A DNA stretch of 64,000 bases from positions 26,315 through 90,314 of the forward strand of contig JAJPWX010000036.1 in NCBI GenBank assembly GCA_021205755.1. Reading direction: 5' to 3'. The notes beneath the pieces were generated by a model. That model worked only from the letters and a program-made list of their open reading frames with translations, was not told the DNA's origin and did no database searches. The stretch comes from Lachnospiraceae bacterium. Its GTDB lineage: Bacteria > Bacillota > Clostridia > Lachnospirales > Lachnospiraceae. Numbering within the stretch: position 1 is the stretch's first letter; every line of letters starts with the position of its first letter. Positions 44,748 through 53,743 of this stretch are shown piece by piece. The position numbers and the translations under genes were made by a program.

Positions 44748-45917
44748 CTATTTTTTCAGCCCAATCAGAGTCTTTTTCAGCTCCTCCTCCATTCGGTTGA
44801 GTTCATCCTCCGCTGCACGGCGTTTCGCCCGGCCATCCTCCTGAATCTTCATCACCTCATCAAGAGTGGAAATCAGGCTCGCATTGGTCGATTTCAATGT
44901 CTCCAGATCGACAATGCCCCGCTCGGACGCTTTCGCGCTCTCAACCGTTGCCATCTTCAGCTGCTCCGCATTCTTTTTCAGAAGCGCATTGGTCATATCC
45001 GTGACTTCCTTTTGCGCCTTCGCCGCCTGGTTCGCGTGCTCCACTCCCAGTGAGATCACCATCTGGCTCTTCCAAAGCGGGATCGTATTCACCACCGTCG
45101 ACTGAATCTTTTCAATCATCAGCGTATCGCTCGCCTGTACCAGGCGAATCTGCGGTGCCGTCTGAATGGAAATCATGCGCGTCAGCTCCAGGTCATGAAT
45201 CTTCTTCTCAAAGCGATCGCACAGATCCTGCAGGTCTTTCGCCGCCTGCGCGTCCTCCGGCAGATTGCTCCGCTGCGCTTTCTCCACCGCTGCGGCAACC
45301 TCCGTCGCCCGCACCTCCTCCAGGCGCTTTTTCCCGGCCAGAATGTACATCGACAATTCCTTAAAATAAGTGAGATTCAGATCGTACATCTTGTCCAGCA
45401 CAGCCACGTCCTTCATCAGCTGTACCTGATGATCCTCCAATACGGTGCAGATTTTTTCAACGTTCACTTCTGCCTTATCATATTTCGCCTTCATATTGGC
45501 TACTTTATTGCCGCTCTTTTTAAAGAGGCCGCCAAACAGGCCTTTTTCACTCTCGTCCTCATCAAAGCTCTTCAGCTCCGTCACAAGGCTGGAGATCATA
45601 TCGCCAACTTCACCAAGATCCTTTGTGCGCACATTTTTCAGAGCTGTTTCTGAAAAATCTGCCATTTTTTTCTGTGTACCCGCGCCATACTGCAAGATAC
45701 CGTTCGAATCATGCAGATCGATCTGTTTGCTGAACTCATCCACCATCTTCCGCTCTTCCGGCGTCAGGGAATCCTCCGTCAGCTGTGGGTCCGCAGCCAC
45801 CGGCTTCGTCTCCGTTTCCACCGTCGGCACCGCGGCCGGCTCCTCCGCCACCGGCGTCCCGAACGTCAATACCGGCGTCGGCACTTCAACATCTACAAAA
45901 TCCTTAAATTCATCCAT
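44748..45917 (-). CDS. telA: Toxic anion resistance protein TelA family (YaaN/YceH-like)
   Basis: 389 aa. LTPEERKMVDEFSKQIDLHDSNGILQYGAGTQKKMADFSE is typical of the TelA N-region. Paired with an XpaC-like gene, as in B. subtilis xpaC-yaaN. Confidence 0.8.
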   Translation of the reverse strand: MDEFKDFVDVEVPTPVLTFGTPVAEEPAAVPTVETETKPVAADPQLTEDSLTPEERKMVDEFSKQIDLHDSNGILQYGAGTQKKMADFSETALKNVRTKDLGEVGDMISSLVTELKSFDEDESEKGLFGGLFKKSGNKVANMKAKYDKAEVNVEKICTVLEDHQVQLMKDVAVLDKMYDLNLTYFKELSMYILAGKKRLEEVRATEVAAAVEKAQRSNLPEDAQAAKDLQDLCDRFEKKIHDLELTRMISIQTAPQIRLVQASDTLMIEKIQSTVVNTIPLWKSQMVISLGVEHANQAAKAQKEVTDMTNALLKKNAEQLKMATVESAKASERGIVDLETLKSTNASLISTLDEVMKIQEDGRAKRRAAEDELNRMEEELKKTLIGLKK

Positions 45918-46008
45918 TTTGTTTGTCCTCCCATTTTCTTGTACTATTTACCAATTTAAACCAATACGAAACGCAAACCTGTGTCCTGCCATTCCGAATG
46001 ATTCCCAA

Positions 46009-47481
46009 TCAATTCTTCTTTGACGAATCCCCATTCGAGGCCTTCGATGAAGCTTTCGCTTCAAATCCGCTCTTCGTCAGCCCCTCCTGCGCCAGCATGG
46101 AATTCAGCACGGAAATATCCGAAGAAATGTCCCACGCCTGTTCCTCATACAGGTCATCCAGCAGTTTTTCAAATGCGGTGTTGATTGTATCCAGCGCACT
46201 CTCAATCTCTGCACGCGTACTTTCAATGTTCTGCCCACGGATCGGCTGATCATCCAGCTCACAATAGGCATCCAGCAGCTTGCGCGTCGTCGGAAGATAA
46301 TAACTCATCATCTTACGCAGATCGGGAACTGCGTCCGGATTCTTCTCCGCCTCCCGGAAAATTCTCGTCACCACCAGTTCCAGCCGATCCAGCTTCGCCG
46401 TCATCTGCACGTCCGGAATCTTCGCATTGCACTCATGAATATGGCGAATGTATTTCTGCCCTTCCTCGATCAGCGCCTGATGCTCCGGCGTCCGCTCCGT
46501 TTTCTCTGTATCTGCCGTCCCTGTATCCGTCCTCTTCTGCGTCGCAGCAGAAGACCGGGTGTCGGCGCTGCCCGTCTGCGGTTCACTCTGCCGTTTCTCA
46601 TATTCTGCCTCGGTCTGCAGATACTGCTGATACGTCGACTGGTCTGTAATCAGAAGCGTCTCCTTCCGATCCAGATATCCCACAGGAAAATAACCGCGCC
46701 GAATCATCTTTTTCAGATCCTTCTTCACAAAACTGCTGCTCTCGCCAATCCCGGCCGCCAGTTCCTCAATCATGCAGTACGTCCGCGCTCCGATCACTTC
46801 CTGGTAACGCTTAAATCGTCTGGAAGCCCCCAATCGCTGCTGTCCGTTCGCGCCCAGCAGCACGCTGCCCGCAAAAAGCAGTCCGGTCGTAACGCCTCCT
46901 GCCGCAAACAGAAACAGATCGCCAATCATGGCAGCGGCAGCGGCTTCCATCGCAAGGCTAGCTCCAAAAACTACACCCATGCCATAGCCAACGTACTTCA
47001 TCAGCTTGCTGGTAAATTCACCCGGCACCTGCCGCTTTGCTTTCACAGGCGGGGTGTTCTGCGCTCTCTGACCATCAAAAGTGCCATACGTCCGGCCCGC
47101 CGCCCGCTTATATGACTGACCTCCCTGAGCCGCCGTCTGTTCATATGCTCTGCGAACCCGATCCGCCGAGCCCCGGTAGGTCTGATCGTACTCATATGCG
47201 TCCTGGGCTGTCCCATAACCGCCATTGGCATTACCATATATATTGTCATTTGATCCGTCACCGGTCTGTTCATAACGATCATAGGTCTGACCTCCCGACG
47301 TCCAGCCGCCTCTGCGGTTCCCGCCGAGATTCCCCCAAATTGCGTCCTGCAGGCCGTCTACCGTATCATTCACCACATCTGCAATCGTATTGCCAAGCTG
47401 CGAAAAATCTCCTGTATCCACAGCATCCTGCACCAGTTTCTTTATCTGATCCCCGGCTTCATACCAGTCATTTTTCGTCAT
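46009..47481 (-). CDS. XpaC-like (5-bromo-4-chloroindolyl phosphate hydrolysis family) membrane protein
   Basis: 490 aa. Two TM helices mid-protein. C-terminal helical domain (IFREAEKNPDAVPDLRKMMSYYLPTTRKLLDAYCELD) typical of the family. Immediately upstream of telA. Confidence 0.65.
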   Translation of the reverse strand: MTKNDWYEAGDQIKKLVQDAVDTGDFSQLGNTIADVVNDTVDGLQDAIWGNLGGNRRGGWTSGGQTYDRYEQTGDGSNDNIYGNANGGYGTAQDAYEYDQTYRGSADRVRRAYEQTAAQGGQSYKRAAGRTYGTFDGQRAQNTPPVKAKRQVPGEFTSKLMKYVGYGMGVVFGASLAMEAAAAAMIGDLFLFAAGGVTTGLLFAGSVLLGANGQQRLGASRRFKRYQEVIGARTYCMIEELAAGIGESSSFVKKDLKKMIRRGYFPVGYLDRKETLLITDQSTYQQYLQTEAEYEKRQSEPQTGSADTRSSAATQKRTDTGTADTEKTERTPEHQALIEEGQKYIRHIHECNAKIPDVQMTAKLDRLELVVTRIFREAEKNPDAVPDLRKMMSYYLPTTRKLLDAYCELDDQPIRGQNIESTRAEIESALDTINTAFEKLLDDLYEEQAWDISSDISVLNSMLAQEGLTKSGFEAKASSKASNGDSSKKN

Positions 47482-47595
47482 TCTGTACGCTCCCTGACCT
47501 TTCGTCGTTACAGGTCACACCCCAATTCACGTTATTTAACCACTACAGGTATGACCAGTAACCTTTCGTCCCTTGTATCATCCTATAATGCTCTC

Positions 47596-47624
47596 ATAAT
47601 AGCATATTCATTACTTTGCTTCAA
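47596..47624 (-). promoter_or_regulatory. Candidate promoter TTGAAG-17-TATTAT for the xpaC-telA pair
   Basis: Minus-strand hexamers at 47624-47619 and 47601-47596. Confidence 0.3.
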
Positions 47625-47635
47625 GGAAAAAATCA

Positions 47636-47672
47636 GATGGGAAAAGGCTGCCCGCCATTCTGGCGGACAGCC
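47636..47672 (-). terminator. Rho-independent terminator of the NlpC/P60 gene
   Basis: The minus strand reads GGCTGtCCGCC-agaat-GGCGGgCAGCC followed by TTTTCCCATCTGATTTTTT. Confidence 0.65.
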
Positions 47673-47712
47673 CTGAAATTCTGTGAATAACTATAACTTA
47701 TACCATTCTGTC

Positions 47713-49500
47713 TTATGACCAGTATCTTCTCGCGCATACCGGTGTGCGGTAATTATAGCTTGAAATGATGATACCAGTGCTGGATGTACTTGCATGTACC
47801 ACCTGGCCATTGCCAATATAGAGCGCTACATGGCTGATGCCGCTGCCATCAGAATAGAACAACAGGTCTCCGGCCTGGATGTCACTTAAGGATACCGAAG
47901 TACCGCTGGATGCCTGCGCCGCTGCTGTTCGCGGAATACTAATTCCAAAGTTCGCGAATACAGACTGTGTAAATCCAGAGCAGTCCGCTCCATTTGTCAG
48001 GCTCGTCCCACCGTATACATATGGGTTCCCGACAAACTGTACCGCATAGTTCGCGATCGCCTGTCCGGTAGAAGAAGACGAAGAAGAACTCGTGGTCGTC
48101 GTTGTGGCTGCCGCCTCTGTAGATGTCGTCTGTGCTGTATCCGTCTGCGCGGCCTCTGTCTGCGCCGCTTCCGTATAAGTCGTCTCCGTGCTCGCAGCCG
48201 CTTCCGTGTAAGTCGTCTCAGAAGAAGACGTATCTGTTGTCGTTGATGTAGAAGTATCCGTTGCCGCAGAATACTTCAATTCATCCGCTACTGCTACTGC
48301 AGACAGATAATCCTGATATGCGGCTACCGCCTCATCGTATGTATCATATACCAGCTGCTCATCCGCCTGCTGCGTCGCCGCGTCCGCTGCTTCCTGTGCC
48401 TCCAGATAGGTCTGGTACGCTTCATCTACCGCTGCCTGTGCCTCACTCAGGCTTGCAGACGATGAACTCGACGTTGACGAAGAATCCGTGTATGTCTCCG
48501 TGTACGTCTCAGCCGCCGCCGTTTCCGCTGCTGCCGCTTCCGCTGCTGCTGCTTCTGCGGCCGCCGCCGCTTCCGCTTCTGCAGCCGCTGCTTCCGCTTC
48601 CTGCTCCGCCAGATAAGCCAGCCACTGCGCGTCGAGTCTCTCCTGCTCCTCTTCCAGCGTCTCCGCTGTCGAGTAGTAAGTATCATAGCTCACATACCAC
48701 GCATTGATATATCCGTATGTACCATCCTCCAACACAACCTTCATCCAGTCGCCCTCATAGGAAACCACTTCCAGCTGATCAGAAGAATATACCATGCCGA
48801 TCGTCGAGGAATCTTCGCTCGCCTCAGAGTGAACCCAAAGCCCCTCTGCGTTGACCGTCGCTACATTATAGGCCACGGCCTCCGCGATCTCATCTGCTTC
48901 TTCACCAATCGCGAAATACGCGGCATTTACATAGCCGGTCACATTACCCGACTGTACCTCGTACCAGTCGCCAAGCTGTCCAAGGATCGTCACCGAACCG
49001 TTGTTATAAACCTTGCCAACCACTTCGCCGTCGGCACTTGCCTCCGCGCGTACATTAATATAATTCTCACACTGCGCAAAAGCCAGCTCACCACTCAGGC
49101 TGGTATCATACACCGCTTCGGTCTCGGTCTGCGCTTCCGTCTCCACTGAAGCTGCTTCCGCAGTGTCTGTGCCTACTTCCGTATCTGCGGTCTCGTCCAC
49201 TGTCGTATCTGCTGCATCAGTATCCGTCTCGGAAATCTCAGCTGCGGAATCCGACGTCTCATCTGCTGTCTCAACCGTCGTAGTCGCGCCCTGTGCTCCC
49301 CCAGTGCTGACTACTGTATCTGTCTCACTCAGCCCCACCAGCGTCGTTGAACTGCTGCTCACTACTGTACTTGTCTCACTCAACCCCGCAAGGGTCATGC
49401 TTCTATTATTATCCGCAAAGGCAACCGTCCCAAAACTGCTGAACGTAATTCCCACTGCCAGACAGCAGGCCGTAAATTGCATCACTGCTTTTTTCATCAT
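47713..49500 (-). CDS. Secreted cell-wall hydrolase: SH3 domains plus a C-terminal NlpC/P60 (C40) peptidase
   Basis: Signal peptide MMKKAVMQFTACCLAVGITFSSFGTVAFA. Two SH3b-like segments (INVRAEASADGEVVGKVY...GDWYEV). Ala/Glu and Ser/Thr linkers. Catalytic domain GNPYVYGGTSLTNGADCSGFT...SHVALYIGNGQVVHA. Confidence 0.9.
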   Translation of the reverse strand: MMKKAVMQFTACCLAVGITFSSFGTVAFADNNRSMTLAGLSETSTVVSSSSTTLVGLSETDTVVSTGGAQGATTTVETADETSDSAAEISETDTDAADTTVDETADTEVGTDTAEAASVETEAQTETEAVYDTSLSGELAFAQCENYINVRAEASADGEVVGKVYNNGSVTILGQLGDWYEVQSGNVTGYVNAAYFAIGEEADEIAEAVAYNVATVNAEGLWVHSEASEDSSTIGMVYSSDQLEVVSYEGDWMKVVLEDGTYGYINAWYVSYDTYYSTAETLEEEQERLDAQWLAYLAEQEAEAAAAEAEAAAAAEAAAAEAAAAETAAAETYTETYTDSSSTSSSSSASLSEAQAAVDEAYQTYLEAQEAADAATQQADEQLVYDTYDEAVAAYQDYLSAVAVADELKYSAATDTSTSTTTDTSSSETTYTEAAASTETTYTEAAQTEAAQTDTAQTTSTEAAATTTTTSSSSSSSTGQAIANYAVQFVGNPYVYGGTSLTNGADCSGFTQSVFANFGISIPRTAAAQASSGTSVSLSDIQAGDLLFYSDGSGISHVALYIGNGQVVHASTSSTGIIISSYNYRTPVCARRYWS

Positions 49501-49562
49501 CTATCCCCGCCTCCAAACAACTTTAAAGCTTATTACGAATTTATTACATTTATTACGATGGT

Positions 49563-49591
49563 ATAATAACAAATAGCGGGGAGTTTGTCAA
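49563..49591 (-). promoter_or_regulatory. Candidate promoter TTGACA-17-TATTAT for the NlpC/P60 gene
   Basis: Minus-strand hexamers at 49591-49586 and 49568-49563, immediately followed by three GTAATAA direct repeats. Confidence 0.45.
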
Positions 49592-49687
49592 GCGCATTTA
49601 ATATTTTTTAAATAATTTCTGCAAAAGGTATTAAAATCTATAACAGTCAGCATATTTTCGGATGGCTTAAACCACCCCTTATTACAT

Positions 49688-49747
49688 ATACAAAATGCGT
49701 TCTGGCGCAGCCTGACAGCAAGTGTCAGGCTCGCCGTGAATAGTAAC
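49688..49747 (-). repeat. Copy B of the 60-nt intergenic repeat (inverted relative to 6131..6190), starting 11 nt after the trxB stop
   Basis: The minus strand reads GTTACtATTCACGGCGAGCCTGACAcTTGCTGtCAGGCTGCGCCAGAACgCaTTTtGTAT. Perfect 9-bp stem AGCCTGACA/TGTCAGGCT. Confidence 0.8.
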
Positions 49748-49757
49748 CACCTCTTCT

Positions 49758-50687
49758 TCAGGACAATGCACACTCCAGATATGCTTCCACCGAAGAAATC
49801 ACATTTGCTCCATCCGATACTGCGGTCACAATCTGGCGTAAATGCTTCGTCCGGATGTCTCCGGCAGCAAAAATACCCGGTTTCTCTGTAATTCCATCTT
49901 CCCCGGCACAAATATAACCATTTTTATCAAGGTGTAATAAGTTAGTAATAATTTCCGTATTTGGCTTTGTCCCGACCGCGATAAAGACGCCGTCCAGATC
50001 CAGGACACGCTCCGTCCCATCCTTTTTATTGCGAATCACAGCGCACTCGACCTGCTCCTCACCGCGGATGGCGGTCACCTCGGAATCCCAGATAAATTCC
50101 ACATTCTCACATTTTTTCAGGTTATCCTGCAACAGCCGCGCAGCACGCAATTCATCCCGCCGATGGATCAGATACACCTTCTCACAGCCGCGGGCAAGAA
50201 AAAGCGCATCTTCAACCGCAGCATCGCCGCCGCCCACAACTGCGACTGTCCGGCCTTTGAAAAATGCGCCGTCACAGGTCGCGCAGTACGACACTCCCAT
50301 ACCTGCCAGTTCTTTCTCACCAGGCACACCAAGGGATCTGTGACGCGCGCCCATCGCCAGCACCAGCGTCCGGGCGCGAAATTCCTCCCGATTCGTATAT
50401 AACACCTTAACGCGGCCTTTTTCCTCTTCACCGATATGTCTTACTTCTATATTCGTAAACTTCACGCCCAGCTTCTCCGCGTGCTCGCGGAATTTTACCC
50501 CCAGCTCAAAACCGCCGATTCCCGGCAGCCCCGGATAATTGTCCACCTCGTAGGTGTTCAGCATCTGCCCGCCGCTCATGTATTCTTTTTCCAGCACCAG
50601 CACGGACAGCTGCGCGCGCACCGCATAGATTGCCGCCGTCAGACCAGCCGGGCCTGAGCCCACAATAATAACGTCGTAAATCATCAC
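49758..50687 (-). CDS. trxB: Thioredoxin-disulfide reductase
   Basis: FAD motif VIIVGSGPAGLTAAIYA, redox centre CATCDG, NADPH motif VVGGGDAAVEDA. 309 aa. Confidence 0.95.
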   Translation of the reverse strand: MMIYDVIIVGSGPAGLTAAIYAVRAQLSVLVLEKEYMSGGQMLNTYEVDNYPGLPGIGGFELGVKFREHAEKLGVKFTNIEVRHIGEEEKGRVKVLYTNREEFRARTLVLAMGARHRSLGVPGEKELAGMGVSYCATCDGAFFKGRTVAVVGGGDAAVEDALFLARGCEKVYLIHRRDELRAARLLQDNLKKCENVEFIWDSEVTAIRGEEQVECAVIRNKKDGTERVLDLDGVFIAVGTKPNTEIITNLLHLDKNGYICAGEDGITEKPGIFAAGDIRTKHLRQIVTAVSDGANVISSVEAYLECALS

Positions 50688-50766
50688 ACCACTTCTCCTT
50701 TCTTACCGGGCAGGACCGGCTCCGTCTCTGCCAGTTCCATATGATTCCGCTGGCAGCACCTCCGCC

Positions 50767-51258
50767 CTACAATTCATGATAATAAGGGCAGATGTCCTCA
50801 TAATGCCCATCCTTCATCCGAAATCCGCCCGGAATCACACCCAGTTGTACAAAGCCAAGCCGCTCATACAGGTGCCGTGCGTGAGTATTCGACGCCACTA
50901 CCGCATTAAACTGCATCACACGAAAGCCATGTGCTTTTCCCTGCACCAGGCAGTCGCTCACCAATTTGTCTCCGATGTGGAACCCCCGCAGATCCGTACG
51001 TACCGCATAGCTCGCATTACAGATATGCCCGCATCGCCCGATATTATTCGGATGCAGAATATAAAGTCCGCAGACCTGACCGGAATCCAAATCCTCGGCC
51101 ACCGCCGTGTATGTCTGCGACGCAAAAAAATCCCGCCCTGACTCCTCCGTCAAAAGCTCCTCCTGCGGAAACGCAATTCCATCCTCTACCACCCGGTTCC
51201 AGATCGCAATAGCCGCGGATACATCCGAATCTTCATATTTTCTGATTGTGATATTCAT
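50767..51258 (-). CDS. GNAT family N-acetyltransferase
   Basis: Trimmed to MNITIRKYEDSD, 8 nt after AAGGAAG. Acetyl-CoA region RGFHIGDKLVSDCLVQGKAHGF. 163 aa. Confidence 0.8.
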   Translation of the reverse strand: MNITIRKYEDSDVSAAIAIWNRVVEDGIAFPQEELLTEESGRDFFASQTYTAVAEDLDSGQVCGLYILHPNNIGRCGHICNASYAVRTDLRGFHIGDKLVSDCLVQGKAHGFRVMQFNAVVASNTHARHLYERLGFVQLGVIPGGFRMKDGHYEDICPYYHEL

Positions 51259-51302
51259 AAATTCCACTTCCTTAAAATCAAATCAGGCGTTTTGTTGCCT
51301 CT

Positions 51303-51340
51303 TAAAACAGTGGGGCAGCCTTTGGGCTGCCCTGTTTTTT
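51303..51340 (-). terminator. Hairpin GGGCAGCC-tttg-GGCTGCCC with T-tracts on both strands; probable terminator after the AICARFT gene
   Basis: 8-bp perfect stem at 51313-51332. The minus strand continues CACTGTTTTAAG and the plus strand TGTTTTTT. Confidence 0.5.
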
Positions 51341-51359
51341 CAAAGGAACTATATCCTGC

Positions 51360-52538
51360 TCAATGATGGAACAGCCGGATGCCCGTAAACGCCATTGCCA
51401 TTCCGTATTTATCGCAGGTCGCAATCACATCCGCGTCGCGCACCGAGCCGCCTGGCTCCGCAATATACTTCACGCCGGACTTATGCGCCCGCTCAATGTT
51501 ATCGCTGAACGGGAAAAACGCGTCGGAGCCAAGCGTCACATCCTGCATCTGATCCAGCCATGCACGTTTCTCCTCCTCTGTAAACACCTTCGGTTTCTCA
51601 GTAAAGACCTTCTCCCACGCGCCGTCCGCGAGCACATCCATATATTCCGCTCCGATATAAACGTCAATCGCGTTGTCTCGCTCCGCACGGGTGATTTTGT
51701 CAGAAAACGGCAGATTCAGTACCTTCGGGCACTGGCGCAGGAACCAGTTGTCCGCCTTCCCTCCTGCCAGTCTCGTGCAGTGTACTCTCGACTGCTGGCC
51801 TGCGCCGATACCGATTGCCTGTCCGCCCTTTACAAAGCAGACCGAATTCGACTGCGTGTACTTCAACACAATCAGCGCAATCTTCATATCTGCAAGCGCT
51901 TCTGCCGGGATATCCTTATTTTCCGTCACAATATTCGCAAGCAGCGCGTCGTCGATCGGCAGCTCCTGGCGCCCCTGTTCAAAGGTCACGCCGTACACCT
52001 GCTTGTGCTCGATCGGATCCGGTCGATAATTTTCATCAATCTGAATCACATTATAATTTCCCTTTTTCTTCTGCGCCAGAATATCCAGCGCCTCCTGCGT
52101 ATATCCCGGAGCAATCACGCCGTCCGACACCTCCCGCTTGATCAGCAGCGCTGTATCACGGTCGCAAACATCTGAGAGTGCGATGAAATCCCCAAACGAA
52201 GACATCCGGTCCGCGCCCCGTGCCCGTGCGTACGCACACGCCAGCGGCGACAGATTCTCATAGTCATCCACCCAGTAAATCTTCGCCAGCGTCTCTGTAA
52301 GCGGCAGCCCCACCGCCGCGCCGGCTGGAGATACATGCTTAAAGGAAGTCGCCGCCGGAAGCCCCGTCGCCGCTTTCAGCTCGCGCACCAGCTGCCAGCC
52401 GTTAAACGCGTCCAGGAAATTAATATACCCAGGCCGCCCCGAAAGTACTTCAATCGGCAGCTCACTCCCGTCCGCCATGTAAATGCGCGACGGTTTCTGG
52501 TTCGGGTTACATCCATATTTCAGAGCTAATTCTTTCAT
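51360..52538 (-). CDS. purH: AICAR formyltransferase (PurH AICARFT domain only, no MGS-type cyclohydrolase domain)
   Basis: 392 aa. Starts directly at the AICARFT region (LKYGCNPNQKP...FKHVSPAGAAVG...). Ends GGSVRDADVIATCDKYGMAMAFTGIRLFHH. Confidence 0.85.
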   Translation of the reverse strand: MKELALKYGCNPNQKPSRIYMADGSELPIEVLSGRPGYINFLDAFNGWQLVRELKAATGLPAATSFKHVSPAGAAVGLPLTETLAKIYWVDDYENLSPLACAYARARGADRMSSFGDFIALSDVCDRDTALLIKREVSDGVIAPGYTQEALDILAQKKKGNYNVIQIDENYRPDPIEHKQVYGVTFEQGRQELPIDDALLANIVTENKDIPAEALADMKIALIVLKYTQSNSVCFVKGGQAIGIGAGQQSRVHCTRLAGGKADNWFLRQCPKVLNLPFSDKITRAERDNAIDVYIGAEYMDVLADGAWEKVFTEKPKVFTEEEKRAWLDQMQDVTLGSDAFFPFSDNIERAHKSGVKYIAEPGGSVRDADVIATCDKYGMAMAFTGIRLFHH

Positions 52539-52608
52539 GAGAGTTCATCCTTTCCTATACTTAGTCTCATTTCCATTTAAACTGTTCTATATGTTTTCCT
52601 GAAAACAC

Positions 52609-53322
52609 TTACTGATTTTTATTCACAATCCGCGTCTCATATTTGCCTGTCGCGATATCAATATACCGCACAAACAACGACACCTTGTTATCCTCATTCA
52701 GGCTGCTCCAAAGCAGATCGGTGCACTCATCAATCCCGTCCGGAATCGACACACGCTTCGGCTCACCTTCAAAGCTCGGAAGCGGATTTCCGTCTTTCAT
52801 ATACGTATGAATAAACCGCCCTTCCCCGGCCACACAATTCTCGTAAGCATACGTATAACGGTTGCACGCAGCCGGATTTCCATCAGCGCTCTTCAGAATG
52901 GACATTGCAAAATTAAATTGCCCGTTTTCGATGTGAAGTATCCCCGAAATCCGCGGCGTATAATTCGGCCCATCCGGCTCAAATTCGCGGCTGCGCAGCG
53001 ACTGTTCAAATGTCATCTGCCTGTCCATCTGATCGTAAATTGTATCCGTCTGGTCGCCATTTGTCACAATCGTCTTATTGCCTAAAACACGTACCGGCGC
53101 ATAAATAATCAGGCTCGGATCCTCCAGCTTCGCCGGGTCAAACGCCTGTGTGCGAATCCCCTCGCCGTCCTCTACAAATACCCTGTTCCTGCTATTTCCG
53201 CTCCTGCCCATGATAAAGTACGCGGCCACGGCCTTTGTACTATCCTTCGTCCTGCCAATCACAATGCCCCGTCCCGGGTAACTATTTGCCTTTAAATCCG
53301 TTTCCAAACTAAGCAGCTCCAT
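52609..53322 (-). CDS. IMP cyclohydrolase, archaeal PurO type
   Basis: Trimmed to MELLSLETDLKANSYPGRGIVIGRTKDSTKAVAAYFIMGRSGNSRNRVF, a PurO-family N-terminus. AGGAGG 6 nt upstream. Adjacent to the AICARFT gene. Confidence 0.8.
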   Translation of the reverse strand: MELLSLETDLKANSYPGRGIVIGRTKDSTKAVAAYFIMGRSGNSRNRVFVEDGEGIRTQAFDPAKLEDPSLIIYAPVRVLGNKTIVTNGDQTDTIYDQMDRQMTFEQSLRSREFEPDGPNYTPRISGILHIENGQFNFAMSILKSADGNPAACNRYTYAYENCVAGEGRFIHTYMKDGNPLPSFEGEPKRVSIPDGIDECTDLLWSSLNEDNKVSLFVRYIDIATGKYETRIVNKNQ

Positions 53323-53483
53323 AACCATCCTCCTTAAAACAGAAAAACCGTCCGGCAAAAAAACTCCTTCTTTGCCCAGACGGTCGACTCCTCTACACTC
53401 ATACTCCCCTGTGGTCACCCACTTCCGTCAGTTGTATGAGCATCTAAACCATAACATCATATCGACAAAAAAGCAAGCCCCTT

Positions 53484-53639
53484 TTATTTTTTGTTCGCTT
53501 TTTGATTTTCCGCCTTTTGGCTTTCAAGTAACTTATCCACTTTTTCATTCGCTTCATCTAGGTCCTTGCAGCCTTCCAAAATCATCTTCACCATTTCAAG
53601 AATCGTTGTAAATTGTTTATCTGTCATAAAATCTTCCAT
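53484..53639 (-). CDS. Unlisted small ORF (51 aa), helical hypothetical protein
   Basis: Below the ORF-track cutoff. Manual translation: MEDFMTDKQFTTILEMVKMILEGCKDLDEANEKVDKLLESQKAENQKANKK. GGAGGGAAGG RBS 4-8 nt upstream of the ATG at 53639. Confidence 0.4.
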   Translation of the reverse strand: MEDFMTDKQFTTILEMVKMILEGCKDLDEANEKVDKLLESQKAENQKANKK

Positions 53640-53743
53640 TGTCCTTCCCTCCATTCCACGAAAAATTTCCCACTTTTATATCAGATTTCTCGCAGAATGG
53701 ATATCCCAACTGCGGAAGTAACCATGCTTTCTCTTCATCATAC

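Noticed and set aside
47493-47575. Two copies of ACCTTTCGTC (GACGAAAGGT on the gene strand) in the xpaC leader.
   Set aside because: A 10-nt direct repeat within one of many leaders is within chance after multiple testing, and there is no supporting second locus.
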